Of a stretch of DNA of 44,124 nucleotides, positions 24,501 to 37,000 are shown piece after piece; within the stretch, counting starts at the first letter, position 1; each line of letters starts with the position of its first letter. A program made the translations under genes and the position numbers. The notes beneath the pieces were generated by a model that had not been told where the DNA came from, made no database searches, and was given only the letters and a program-made list of their open reading frames with translations. Origin of the DNA: Trichoplax sp. H2 (taxonomy: Eukaryota). The stretch covers positions 62,001-106,124 of the forward strand of contig NOWV01000229.1 of assembly GCA_003344405.1 (NCBI GenBank), written 5' to 3'.

Positions 24501-27032
24501 ATTTTCACTACCTGGCATAATCGTAATATCAAAGCTATTATAATCTTCAATACTGAGTGACGTATCGATAATTGGCGACATCGTTGTCTGAGTAGATATC
24601 TCGGCAGAAAATTTCGAGCTAGCAATGCCAGTAAATGAAATTCTACCCAAATCATTAATTAAATCTGAACTAGAACTTAGTTCGTCACTAATGGTATCAA
24701 ATTCAGTTCCATATAAATCATTGAAAACGGAAGATGAAATGCTTATTGAATTGCTAGCCATATCTGATATAATCGATCTCGATATATCAACGTCAGATAT
24801 ATCACTATTTGCTGATTGTGATCGGCTGATCAAGGCTGGATCGGTCAATCGATAGCTATCCGTAGCGCTTTGAACTTCCAATTCTGAGCTCACGTTGAAT
24901 GATTCTACGGACATTTCTTCCGCTAGTTCTTTTATTAAAGAAAAAATGGCGTAATACTTGTTTATAAAAGCAAAATCTTATACGTGGATGATAGCGTAAG
25001 AGCTTACTCTATTGTTCTCTACTTTTGGGTATTTAGTATATCAAATAAAATGATTGTATGACAACTAGGAACTTTATCACCGTTTATGATAGGATAGCGT
25101 AAAAAATAATTTCATGTGTTCTAAAATAACTAAGACCTTAAGATCGTAAAGTTGGAATTTTAAAATTACTTTAATGTACATTGATATAAAAGTTCATTTT
25201 ATGTCTCTATGGGTTATCATGGCCAAGAAGTCTTAAATACAAATTACATTAGCATTAAAATAAACTTTATATACTTACGAATTGCAGGATTACGAGATTA
25301 TAAATAAAAATTTTATTTTCTTTGTTTAATTACATATCCTCTGTTTATCAAGATTATTAATTTATATGGGTATATATGAATTTCTATTTTCTAATATATC
25401 GGTATACTATCCTAGCAATCCACTCTAGATACGATAAACTATGGCAGGCACTTTTAAATCTGTACACGTAAAAAGAAATATGATTTATAGATTTCACTAC
25501 TGTTATGATTTGCAGAGAAAGAGAAAACCTTTTTTTCTAACTTTTCACTAATTTAGTTCTCCTACTGAGACCGATACCTTGTAATGCTGTTTCCTCAAAG
25601 CTGAAAAATTGTCTCTCACAAACGACATTCAAAGAATACGGATTATTACACTCTGTATCAAACCAATCCCAAGACCGATAGACATATGCTTTAGCACAAT
25701 ATTGAAAGCCACTATTAGGCTGACCGGATCCCCATACGGAAAATTTATCTGTGGTTTCATTACTTCCATCCCAAATAAATTTAGTAGGATCATCGGTCTG
25801 ATTGATATCGCGTAATCCTAACCAAACACTCACTGTTAGTGATGGTATGAAAGAATTTAAATAACTCTTAAGTTGCTTCCATTGGGATACCGTCTGTGCA
25901 GTAACAAGCTGTCCACCTCTAGTTCCACAATAATGCTGGGCATCAATATATTTATCAAGAAACAATGAAAAACGTCTAGCACAGACATTTTCTAATTGAA
26001 CCCAATCATTAGTACAAGCACCAGCAGAAAAGTTAGAATAAATTAACGGAGCTGTAAAGAAAAGATAAAATTTTTAATCATGGTTAGAATAGACCACAGC
26101 TAATATAGATTTCCATATATTGAAATATGGGCTTAATTCCAATATAGTCAACGATGTGTAATGGTGCGTATACTTGAATCGAAATTGCTAGCTATTTTCA
26201 AACCTGTTACGTGTTTAGCCGTCAGAATCGATATGAAGATTAGCTACAGAAAAAAAAGAAATTCAATCTTAGTTAAATTTAATTCGATTTTCTAGCTCTC
26301 TAAATAAATATTGAAAATTGATTGTAAGAAAGGAGAAGAAATTTAATTCCTTACTCAATTTTATAGCCCAATTTATATTAAAAAAAAAATAATGAATGAA
26401 TGAAAAAATATGCTATGAATAAAATAGAGTATGTAGTTCATATTTTAATTTGATTTTTGTAACGGAAAGTGCTGAGTCACTGTAGATTAATAGCAAGCAT
26501 AATAAAATTTAATATTAAATTAAACTCTAAGATTAATTTAGACTGTCTGCGTGATAATCAAGACTTCTAAACGAGTTTTCATAAGGGCTTCTGTCAACAA
26601 CAACTGATATGGCTTAGGTTTTAGAAATATCGTCTATTCTTTATATAGTTTAATTAGTGCCACACTATCTCTCGTATTTAAAAAAGTAACCGATAAATCA
26701 TTACAAAGTAAATTTTCGAAGTATTGCAGGGTCAATATATAGGAATATTGAAGCGATAAGATATCTTAATATAAGTTTAAAATTAAAAAAATAGCTTAGA
26801 TTTGTTAAATCAATGATAACAAGCATCAACCATTTCTTGATCGCAAACTATGCCGTTATGTAAGTGAGCGAAAGCACATGAAAACTCTTAAAGCGTCAGC
26901 ATTAAATTAGAATAGAATCTTATGAAGGATTAAACACAACATACGAGTAGAAATGAGTTGTATTAATGTTTATAGTTTGAAAGGATCAGATTATAAAACT
27001 TTGATGTGCACCTTAATCATCAATCTTGACAT
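15515..27032 (-). CDS. Adhesion GPCR: signal peptide, C-type lectin domain, Ser/Thr-rich stalk, GAIN/GPS, 7TM
   Basis: Phase-consistent exons: 27012-27032 (MSRLMIK, tentative), 26243 down to 26204 or slightly further, 25578-26051 (CTL: C..W..C, VWLGL, WGSGQPN, WFDTEC), 23939-24928 (Ser/Thr stalk), unresolved 22730-23830, 22683-22729, 22464-22535, 22188-22296, 21502-21630, 21372-21407, 21137-21194, 20886-21075, 20543-20592 (ICAYW), 20247-20385 (WSTEG..CETYHLTSFGVL), 18981-19087, 18732-18834 (IHANL), 18462-18612 (LHY..WMWVE), 18232-18301, 18014-18080 (CW..WSFVGP), 17748-17833, 17451-17574 (MPLFGSTW..FNSLQ), 16681-16722 (GLLIFLFHC), 16377-16481, 15907-15994, then tentative 15649-15672 and 15515-15573. 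Both ends are uncertain. Confidence 0.9.
16091..16139. repeat. Short inverted repeat (13-bp perfect arms) in an adhesion-GPCR intron
   Basis: TTTACTAAACACG (16091-16103) and CGTGTTTAGTAAA (16127-16139). Confidence 0.7.
19100..20150 (-). pseudogene. Decayed LRR fragment nested in the GPS-TM1 intron of the adhesion GPCR, relic 5
   Basis: RTLASSNQIID (19877-19909); LEIVDFYS (19623-19646); ITTFELQSHNISFVAKIMLLIILNSNP (19410-19490); QVNISSLNLVLFLANSFT (19181-19234). Confidence 0.5.
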
Positions 27033-28310
27033 CGCGAGCAGAATTGAAAATCTATTCCAGACCTTTTTCTTCACAATGGAAACAATTTTTAGGAAAATAG
27101 TCGATAATAATTCTAATATATAGTAAAACGCATGTACGACTTACATTGTACGTGTAATGATCGGCAGTAAAGCTAAATCATTTCGATGATAATGTTATAA
27201 CACTGGTAAATCCTATCTGGTGTATATTTTTTATTTACGATTTCATATAAAATATTTATTAATAAATTAATTTATTGTCAACTACATTCGATGTCATTTA
27301 AGAATATAAATTAGTATGCCTACCGTGTTGGTTGCTTTAAGAATGCTAGGGATTATATTATACACAGAACGTAATATATGAGTTATGTTCGTATGAATCA
27401 TTATAATTTAAGTATTTAAGCGTGCTGTGAACTACCGGTATAAACTAATATAATCAAGCTTTCAGCCTTATATTACCAAAATTGTATTACTTTATTAATA
27501 ATTCAACATCACTATCTATTATTTATAACTTTGTTATTACCTGTCTACTGTCTTTAATTTACGATCTGGTTAATGAAGTTTACGGTGGCAAACGACAAAC
27601 ATTTATCATCTCTATTGGTAACTATAAATAGCATAGGTACTTGCAAATATACGTATTTATTCGCACATCTTTATACCTATTGCTTTGATTATGCAAGTCT
27701 AAAGCTAATTCCAACGTTAGCGTTGAACGCGAATCAGTTGAGGAATTACCAGGTTTCATTCGAATCTTACTGTAAAATTAACCCATTTCTCTGTTCCATG
27801 TACGCATATCCTCTAACAACATTCGCTCGTAAGTTTATGGACTACGATTATCAATTCTTCTTTTATGAGTAAATTTTGGTTTGTTTTTCTAGGCTGTTGT
27901 TGCAAATATTACCCTTCAAGTTATATATCTTAGTACTCGGATATCATCATATTATAAGTCTGCTTGTTATTATTATTATACTTATTAATTAGATAATTAT
28001 ATATAGTAATCAATATTTGAATGTTATTGAAATAACAAAACATCTAGTGAAAACCCACACAGTACGTTTTATATTGTGTTAACAACGGTCAACGACTGAC
28101 CAATTGAGGAAAGAATGCAATGCAACAAGATCTCGGATTTTTCCTGTCTTTATTATCATTTTAGCAATATCGCGATTCTGGTATAAGATTGAATAATAGC
28201 TACAAAAATTACTAAGCAAAATGAAACGTGATTGCTTCCATGGTAATACCGCCCAACTGATAACCAATTTAGAAGGCTTAATAGTGTCAAAGAGATGTTG
28301 TACATCTAAT
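26450..28310 (+). pseudogene. Decayed LRR gene on the + strand, relic 6
   Basis: NIEAIRYLNIS (26744-26776); LIINLDIASRIENLFQTFFFTMETI (27013-27087); LVALRMLGI (27328-27354); NQAFSLILPKLYYF (27452-27493); HLSSLLVTINSI (27600-27635); SLKLIPTLALNANQLRN (27696-27746); MKRDCFHG..LITNLEGLIVSKRCC (ORF 28221, hinge-like CC). Confidence 0.6.
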
Positions 28311-28352
28311 CGTTCTAATTACCAAATTTTCGTATCATTTACAGTTTCGATC

Positions 28353-31300
28353 TTAGCTTATTGTTACGCCAGACGCTTGAAGATAGTTATTAAGAAATTT
28401 TTGAGCCTCTGCATTCATTTGATTAATTAATTGGATAATCTAAAGTTCAAGCAAATTATAGATTTGTTTGATACAAGTAAACAAATTTTCATAAATATAT
28501 TTAAATGACATTAAATAACATTATCTATTTTAGAATCAGTAAATACATTAAATCCTTACAAAGCTACAGCAGCGAACAATTGATTTACCTTTCCTGGGTG
28601 ATTATTCGATAATCTACTAAGAGCAATAGCTAAAAACTGCTTCGGATTACCGATATCGGAAACTGGATTGTAGTCGTTCTTACCAGCGAAGATCAGTTGA
28701 GAGAATGCAACCTGATAACCTATAGCAAATCGTTGCATTTAAATTTATGTTTAAATAATAAATGATGCATTCATCAATAGGATCTTCACTATAACAATCA
28801 GTCGTATCAACCCTATCATTACCGGGAGTATCTTCTACGTCAATGAAGTGTTCATCATCTGGCAATGTATCATCACTTGGGATTTCAAAGAAGTTGATTA
28901 AGGCTTGCAGAAGATTAGGCCTGAGGAATAAGAGAATACTTTCTGTTAACTTAATAGGAAGCATATAATTTTTAAGTTTACCAATTAGAGACACTTACCA
29001 ATACGAAAGGTATTGATCTTCCGATAGAGTCTTGGAAGATTCCGTAAGTAATTTAGATATTCCAACAGCACATATTTTACGTTCAATTACACCATCAACC
29101 TGGTTGAAGATAGAACCGAATTATTGTCATTATTTCATGTAGTTTATAGGTTGATTATATAAATATCTTAATATAATTATCAGATGGCTATCCCACTTTT
29201 TGAAGATCTAATAGGAATAATCTCTCTATAACCATTCCAAAAAGCCTAAGACAAAAATAAAGACGGCTTTAGTTCAGCAATTTTACAACGCTGCAGCAAT
29301 ATACTAACTTCGGCTGGATGGAATCGACCAATTCAATCAGACTATCAACGCCTTTTGTGAGACATAAACAGCAAAATACTATAAAACCTTTAACAAATTT
29401 TGTAGTCTTGGATTTTTGCAAGCGCTGAAATAACAGTAGATAAACTTGATGCATATATCTATCAACAACATCTTTAGGCATAAATTCTAAAATGCTTTGC
29501 AACAAGTAAAATCCATGATGGTCATTAGATTTCGAGGCAATTAATTTCTGGAAGACTCCAAGCACACCATTTAGAGAATTTTCAGCAGTGGCAATTTTTG
29601 CCGGAGATTTCATAACATATGCTTGTAAAAGTCGCACTAAAGCAGGTATATTTCCTTGACGTTCCCACAACACTGGATTTAATAAACAGCTAAATAAGCC
29701 CAAGTACATATCCGGAGTAGGGGGTTGCCTAAGCTCCAGAAGCAGAGATAACACTTGAAAGACGTACGGCAAAAACTCTAAAGAATGATAAAATTATGAC
29801 TTTAATTACACGCGTAATCTCACTAATAATCAACAGGCTATTGCAGTTATCAATATATCATTTACCCAAAACATCTTGCTGTAAAATTTCTTGGAAAACT
29901 GGTAAGAGTGAACCCTCAAAAGATCCTATAGTGTCGATCTGTTCTTTACATGTATACCTACATTCGAGAATTACGGTCATAATACGGACATGCTATCTAT
30001 ACATGTTCAAATAAATAGGTATACACCAACCTAATAATACAGCAGATAGTCTCAAAAAGATAATGATTAAATTGTGGTCGTCGTGGATTCTATAACAATA
30101 ACGTAAAATATATTACAGTACATTCTGAAAACGTTATAACCTAGTCTACAAAGGATAGATTGGCTTACCTTACTAACAACTCGTAGCTTCTCTGTTAGCA
30201 ATGGTAAAATTCTTGGAACTAGTGGAATGATAGAAGCTTTCGCTAATGAAATGGCGCGCATGATCGCTAATAGTCAAGAATTAAAAACAGCATACTTTAC
30301 TACTCGCTACTAAGGTGTTGTTAGATTGTAGTTCATTTTAAACTAATTACATATATATATATATATATGCACTCCTGCGATACCTTTCATGACATAATCA
30401 TTCTCCTCAGACCCACTTATACTTAAAGTACCAAAAAGATTGGTAATTAACTGCTGCAGGATTGATTGTACATCATTTACTGTAATCCTGAAGCAATTAC
30501 GAAAAACGTTATAGTCATTTCAAAATATGTCAGATAAATGCATACAAATTATAAAGGAATTAGTATCAACTAACAAGTCTCCACCGCTAGCATTCTTAAT
30601 CATAAAAATTCTCTCGATGCAAAATGCCGCGTACGAATGAACGACAATGCTTTCATTTAGTAGGTGAGTTACCAGAATCGGTATACAATCGATCACATAC
30701 TTAGGAGGCAACTGGGAACATATAAATGAAGAATAACACTGGTTGCATATATCCATTGTGAATTGTAAGTATTATGCTTTATGTTACATACCATGCCTCT
30801 AAAAGTTATAATAAATTTGATGGAATCGGCTTTCAATACACTTTTGGACTCATCTAATAATTTACAATATATAAGCAAGTATTAAAGCCTGACATTAGTG
30901 GATGTCTGCCATAAATAATTCATTCTATCCGTACCTGTCGATGCCAATTCGGGCATTACTTGACTTGTAAAAAAGTCAACTATATTAACTAGTTCATTAA
31001 CTGCAGTACTGCCATGCTAGAAATTAAATCACGAATTATTGTCAGTAAAAATTTAGTGCAAGTAACATAAAGGCAGTATAACCTATCTTACAAACCCTAG
31101 CAGTCTGTGTTCTGTTGGCTAGTGAAGTTACTAAATGAATCGCAGAATCTTTACATTTCCAATTTTTACTTGGATTTTGGATGTATTCCTAGTAATCAAT
31201 CGAATATCAATTAAAAATTATTTTATATTATAATTTTAGGCTTGCCACAACTTTAAAACTCCTGATTAGTATTATTTGGCCAACCGATGTAATATAACTT

Positions 31301-34260
31301 ACTTGTAACATGACATTAACGTATGCAGAACAGATATTTGTAACTTGCACTTCAAAGTGTTTGCATAATCCACGAATTAAGTCACTTGCAGCCCTTCTGC
31401 GTGTGTCAACATCTACAATCGGGAGCAAATCATAGACAATTTTAGCATATAGAATCATTCCATCTTATTGATACGGTATTTGTGTGTATTGATAAATACA
31501 ATAATAACGATCAACGAACCAGATCCCTCAATGTCTTTCCGAATGTATTCCTCAGGGTTAAATTCAAAGTTTTCTTCATCAATGTCTGTAAAATAAAAAA
31601 AAACAGTAGATTATAACAATCATTCATTATCTTCGAGATAACTATAGACATTAAATGACGCTATACCGCGAAACTGCATGTTTGGAATTACAACTTTCTC
31701 GCAAATACTTCTCAAAACTGATTCTTCGTGAAATAGTCCTTTATAGTTTTCTCTTTCGCATACACTTGTTAGGAATTGGATAGCATTACTGACAAGCTGT
31801 ATATTAAAATAGCGATTCGGTAATTAATTTATTAGTAATCCTATCTAAATACATGTCAATCACTGCAAATAACCATTACCAAATCATACTTCGCCAACAT
31901 TCCAGTGTTGGTAAGTAGTGTCCACACGGCAGTAACAAAAGCCGGTAAATAGCTCTATCGAAAGATTTCGTGTTTTAGCATGAAACAAGCAAGTCAATAA
32001 AAACATTCTAATCATTACCTGAAACTCTTCATCATATTTTTGGGCATACAAAGTAACTGAATCACAAATTTGAGATCGAACGATTTCAATAGGTCCGGCA
32101 ATGTCGTCGGACTATAATAGGCAAATTTGACAGGAAAATATCTAATTAATGAATACTACTAGACTGGTGTTGAAAGAAATTAAAAATCTACCAACTTTTG
32201 TCTGTAATTTTGGAAAACTGGTCGTCAGCAAAAAAAGAAAACTATCCATCCATGTTTTCATATTGTCTTCGAAAAACTCCGGTATATCCTGTAGCGTTAA
32301 TAAATCAGACTCGTTAGGAATGAGAAGTCGCAGGTTATAAGATCAAAATTAGAATCAATAATCGTTATCGTCATTCATGCCCTTACCTGATAATTTAAAC
32401 TATAAAATATTTTGCACATAAGTGTTAATGATTCGAACACGGGCTGCAGAATAGTTGGGTCATCCACGTTACCTCTGACGGTCTCCATACTTGCCTAAAT
32501 TGAAGGGAAGTTGAAATAAATAAGCATAGGCAGTGAAGACACAGTTTGCAATTGTTCATATCATAATATAACTCTTTGTCTACCTGAAATAATACTGTTA
32601 ATGGCTCAGCGAAGGAATCCAATACGTATTTTATCTCAGCAAAGAGCTCATTAGACTTAAATTCGTGTCGATATCTAGATTTTGGAAATTTTACAACCTA
32701 TTACGATAACTGATTAAAATAATCATATATAAGAACAAATGACATTTACCGCTTGAATAATGAGTGAGCTGTCCGTAAAATTCCATTGATAACATTCAGA
32801 TTATTGCTTTTAATCTTTTCCAATATTTCCTATATATCGTAAAGTAGCTTTAAAACCATCCGATTCAAAAATTAGTTCGACAAAAAATTTTAGTACTAAC
32901 CGGCATCAAACCAAGCCAGTTACCAGGAAAATCCTCTCTGCCGATGATACTAATGGTATCACTGAGCTAAATGCGTAATACAAATAAGAATTACTAATAT
33001 AATTATTGGTATTGTCAATTTTCTTTATATAACACCTACTTTTAATTAATATTATAACTATTGATCGTTCCAAAAACTTAGCGAAAAGCATTTACCTGGC
33101 GTTGTATCATCTCGGGTGAACTTAGCATCAGATTTACGATTAGACTTTTAACTATGAATCACAAGTGTAGTTGTTAATTATTTTGCTTTGCTAGCCATGA
33201 TACGTATATAAGAAGAAGCCTATTAGCTATAAGGCAGTTGTTATAATTTCTAACAAATCCGGTGTGAGTGCATTACATGATAAAAAAATTTTCGACATGG
33301 ATATTGCTACTCGTGTAGCACTTCTCTAAAGCGCGCTACGATTAAGGTTGCAAATAGGTAATAACCAGTTGTTTAATAATTTATTAATGTAATAGGAATT
33401 AACTGAAGATAAAGTACTTTTGAGCAAAAAGGATGAGTATCTCAAATAGTAGTTTTGAAGTTCATTGGTTTGTTAATTAAGATAACTATCACAAGGTTCG
33501 TTTTTTTTACTTTTTATTAAATACTGTACTGTTAATATGTAGTCACAGATTGAAATTTATTCGATCAGCAATTACAACTGATCAAGTGGTTTCATTAGCC
33601 TATATACCTGTCTGTCTATCGTTGTCATTAATCTTTGACGGTTCATCTTCGATCTAACGTAAAAGGGAAGCATAAATTGTAGCTTATTTAGTCCATAAAG
33701 CTAATCTTACCATTCATTGCTAAGAAATTATACAAAACTGATCATATCACTAGTCGTAGCGACACTTAATTACCAATAAGATATTGAACGACTACAGTCT
33801 TGGGTGTACTGTATAAGATAGTTTACAGACTTACAATTCGCCAATTTTTCTTAATAAAGTTCTTGAATGCAATGGTAGCAGCAATTCGAACTTCCATTTC
33901 TAACTGATTGTTATCCACCAAGCGTAGCAGTAACAGCGAATATCCAGCATTGGATTCTAACTGTTCTAACGACTGCTCAGCTAAGTAGTTGACGAAAAAA
34001 ATACATTAAAATATAAGATGAAAGAGTAATTTGAAAATTGCAAGTATGCCTTTTGAATTATGTTTCAAACAATGTAACGTCATGATGGCTGACTATCAAC
34101 AGCACTGGCCAAGGTAGTCCAATTGGTACTCTCTCTCTCTATCTCTATTTATATAATAAGTAAGTGATTGTTCACCTGGTCTTCTCACAGACGCAGAGGG
34201 ATCCAATGTCTGGCGAAGGCATTGCGCTAATCGACGTAATGTCTCATCGTTGACTTCCAT
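28353..34260 (-). CDS. CSE1L: Exportin-2 (importin-alpha re-exporter, CAS), multi-exon
   Basis: Starts [53 protein letters not shown]. Internal segments include [130 protein letters not shown] and GYQVAFSQL. Last exon 28353-28439 reads [28 protein letters not shown]. Confidence 0.97.
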
Positions 34261-35059
34261 AGCTGATCGCTATTCCAATTTCTATTTTATACTACAAGAT
34301 TGAGGAATGACATCGTCATAAGTCTTCATAATATTAAACCGTTAGAATGGAAGTAAAATATCCAATATGTGAAGACGTAATATGTAGAAATATTGATTCC
34401 ATGTCACTCAAACACGATTACTATCTTTGTTTGGCTATTGCTAGATCAATTGCCAATCACTTCTAATAGTGATGAGTGAAATGGGAATAATAAACGATCT
34501 GCTGTAGTACTATACAACTGTATGACGATACAGTCAACGACGTCGTCTTTAGCAACCGTCATGAAATTATTTACATCTTCAATCTCTGACATAGTTATTA
34601 CTGTTTTACAACTCTCAGTTCAATACCTAGTAGATAGCATAGCTTAAACAACATCCTCGACATGGATGCAGTTCAACATTAATTTCAATCAATAAAATTG
34701 CCTTTACTGTACTGCAAATACTACTGACTCTCCATTTTAAAATTGGCGGGTTGAATGACGACATGACCCAGTAGTGTGCATCAATGAACAAACAGAAATT
34801 AAAGGAAAAATGACGCAGGCATGACAATAATAATCTTGGTTATAGGTCAAACAGAAATAATGACAGAAATTATTGCAATTGAATTCTCTTTTAATTATTC
34901 TCCGAGTATTTATTTACCAATTATACTTGCCAAACTAATGCAACGTTGCCAAACAGGAAGGCTAGGCAAATTGGTGCAAAAAATTTGAAATTACCACGGG
35001 TACTGTTGCTTTTGTGCGGGGGGGGGGGGTTGGAGTGAATTGGTTCAAGCTATCGTACT

Positions 35060-36185
35060 CATACGTACAGTACAGTATGACGATGAAGCGGTTGTCCGTC
35101 TGTACAGTGCACTTTATCATTCAATTTGAAAGTTACCAGTCACTTAGGTACAGTACAGTACTGTAGTGTACCTCTAATTTGTACTGTAGTTGGCATATGT
35201 ACTGTACTGTACACTGTCCAGTACGTACAGTGAGTAAAACAACAGAAGTGTACTGTACAGTACAGTACCGGACACTATACTGTACACTGTACACTGTACT
35301 CTGCACGCAAAGGACAAGACCAGACCTTGACGACCTCGAAAACTATACTGTGTACTGTACAGTGTACAGTACTGTACTGTACAGTAGACTGTTGGCATAC
35401 TGTACAATAATACTGTATACTGTACAGTGTGTACCATAACATTTTGTCACTTTCGGGCAATATTATTCTTTAAAAATATAGTAAAGCTATAATAGAATGA
35501 TATATTAGGTTGATGAAGAGATTCTGAAAAATCTGAATCTGGTAAAGTTAGAAAGTTAAACTTGCTCTTAAGTCCAGTACTGTTAGACCTGACTGTACTG
35601 TACTGTACAGTGTACAGTGTACAGTACTACAGTGTACAGTACAGTACAGTATCACAGAGTGAATTTTACGTACAGTACACTGTACTGTACAGTACAATGA
35701 GTAAAACAACAGAAGTGTCAATACAGTACTGGACACTATACTGTATTGTACAGTACTATACAGTACAGTACAGTACTGGACACTACTGTATACTGTACAC
35801 TGTACTGTACAGTGTACACTGTGCGTAAAGGACCAGACCAGACCTTGACAACCTCGAAAACTGCACAGTACAGTACTGTACACTACAGTAGACTGTTTGC
35901 ATACTGTACAGTACTGTACAGTACAGTACGGTAAAATAAAGAGAAATGTACAGTACAGTACAGCACGCTACTGGGCTCTGTACTGTACACTGTGCGTAAA
36001 TAAAGGACCCAGAACAGACCTTGACGACCTCGAAAACTGTACAGTACAGTACGGTACAGTACATTACTACCGTACCATTGGCCAGTGTACTTATTGTACA
36101 GTACAGTACGGTAGTACTGTACTGTATCACAGAATGCATTTGACCTACAGTACAGTACTGTACAGCGTACAGTACTGTACTGCAC
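35060..36185. repeat. Low-complexity CAGTA/CTGTA (and CAGTGTA/CACTGTA) array with duplicated unique islands
   Basis: Dozens of TACAGTA/TACTGTA units in mixed orientation. Islands: GACCTTGAC(G/A)ACCTCGAAAACT at 35323, 35841 and 36017; TGAGTAAAACAACAGAAGTG at 35231 and 35698. Confidence 0.95.
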
Positions 36186-36247
36186 TTTGCACGGCATCGT
36201 AATGTACTGAATCGACGCCCTGATAAAGACGATAGGCCGCCCCTCTA

Positions 36248-36300
36248 CCTTCCTTTTCTGTGACGGACGAGTGGCAAGGTAAGATGGCGAACCACGTGTA
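36248..36300 (+). promoter_or_regulatory. Probable RPS19 core promoter and non-coding first exon (TCT/5'TOP start, YY1-like and E-box motifs)
   Basis: Polypyrimidine CCTTCCTTTTCT at 36248-36259; strong donor AG/GTAAGA at 36279; AAGATGGCG at 36281-36289; CACGTG at 36293-36298; acceptor TAG immediately before the RPS19 ATG at 37001. Confidence 0.7.
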
Positions 36301-37000
36301 GATTCGGAAAGATTCATCATTTTAGGCTTTTACTCTTCTATCGTTTAAAATTTGCCAATAGATTGATGTGCAATTTACACATGTCTTCAAGTTAACTATG
36401 TCCGTAAGATTTTATGGTAGATACGCTCCGATTGAGATTGTTTATCTGGGTTTTACTCGTGTAAAACTGACGATATATTAGCTTCTGATATTATACGTTA
36501 GACTACAAGAAAATCGTACTTGTGCGCTTTCAACTTGATCCATGATGCTGATACTTTTAGAGTAGTAAATCGACTCGATTTCATCCGTAGGGCTTCGCTT
36601 CTATAGTAGTTCTACTTCTTTTATTGGTTGTCGTTACTTCTTGTAAGCAGAAATTAGTAGTACAGTATTGCGAATGCCGTGAACTTCTCAATGCACAGCT
36701 GCGAAGTAATAGCCAATTCAGTCAGGCGTCTACGATAGTGCTAGCGATGCTGTGGACCGCGTTCAGGCGACTGCACTCTTGACATGCTGATAGTCTTTCT
36801 GGTGTTTTTGCTATGGCAATAATAAGCGTATAAAATTCTATTCTTTTTTGCTAATGTTAAAATGGAGACCGAATTTTTAAGAGCGATTACAACACAGTGT
36901 GCTACACAGTATACCAGTGCATACTGTTTCAATACTTACTTAGCAACCTTGTTACTCTGGAATGATTTTCATGATGGCTTTATTTTGCTCTCTTTAATAG

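Noticed and set aside
24625..25815. Plus-strand ORFs opposite the stalk and lectin exons
   Set aside because: Antisense shadows of real coding exons.
34469..34589. GTGATGA..CTGA box C/D-like pair
   Set aside because: Negligible terminal stem, intergenic position and no recognisable guide.
35018..35029. 12-G homopolymer
   Set aside because: Single run, too short to argue for a G-quadruplex system; length may be an assembly artefact.
35174..36320. Many overlapping Tyr/Cys/Thr/Val-rich ORFs
   Set aside because: Translation artefacts of the stop-poor CAGTA/CTGTA array.
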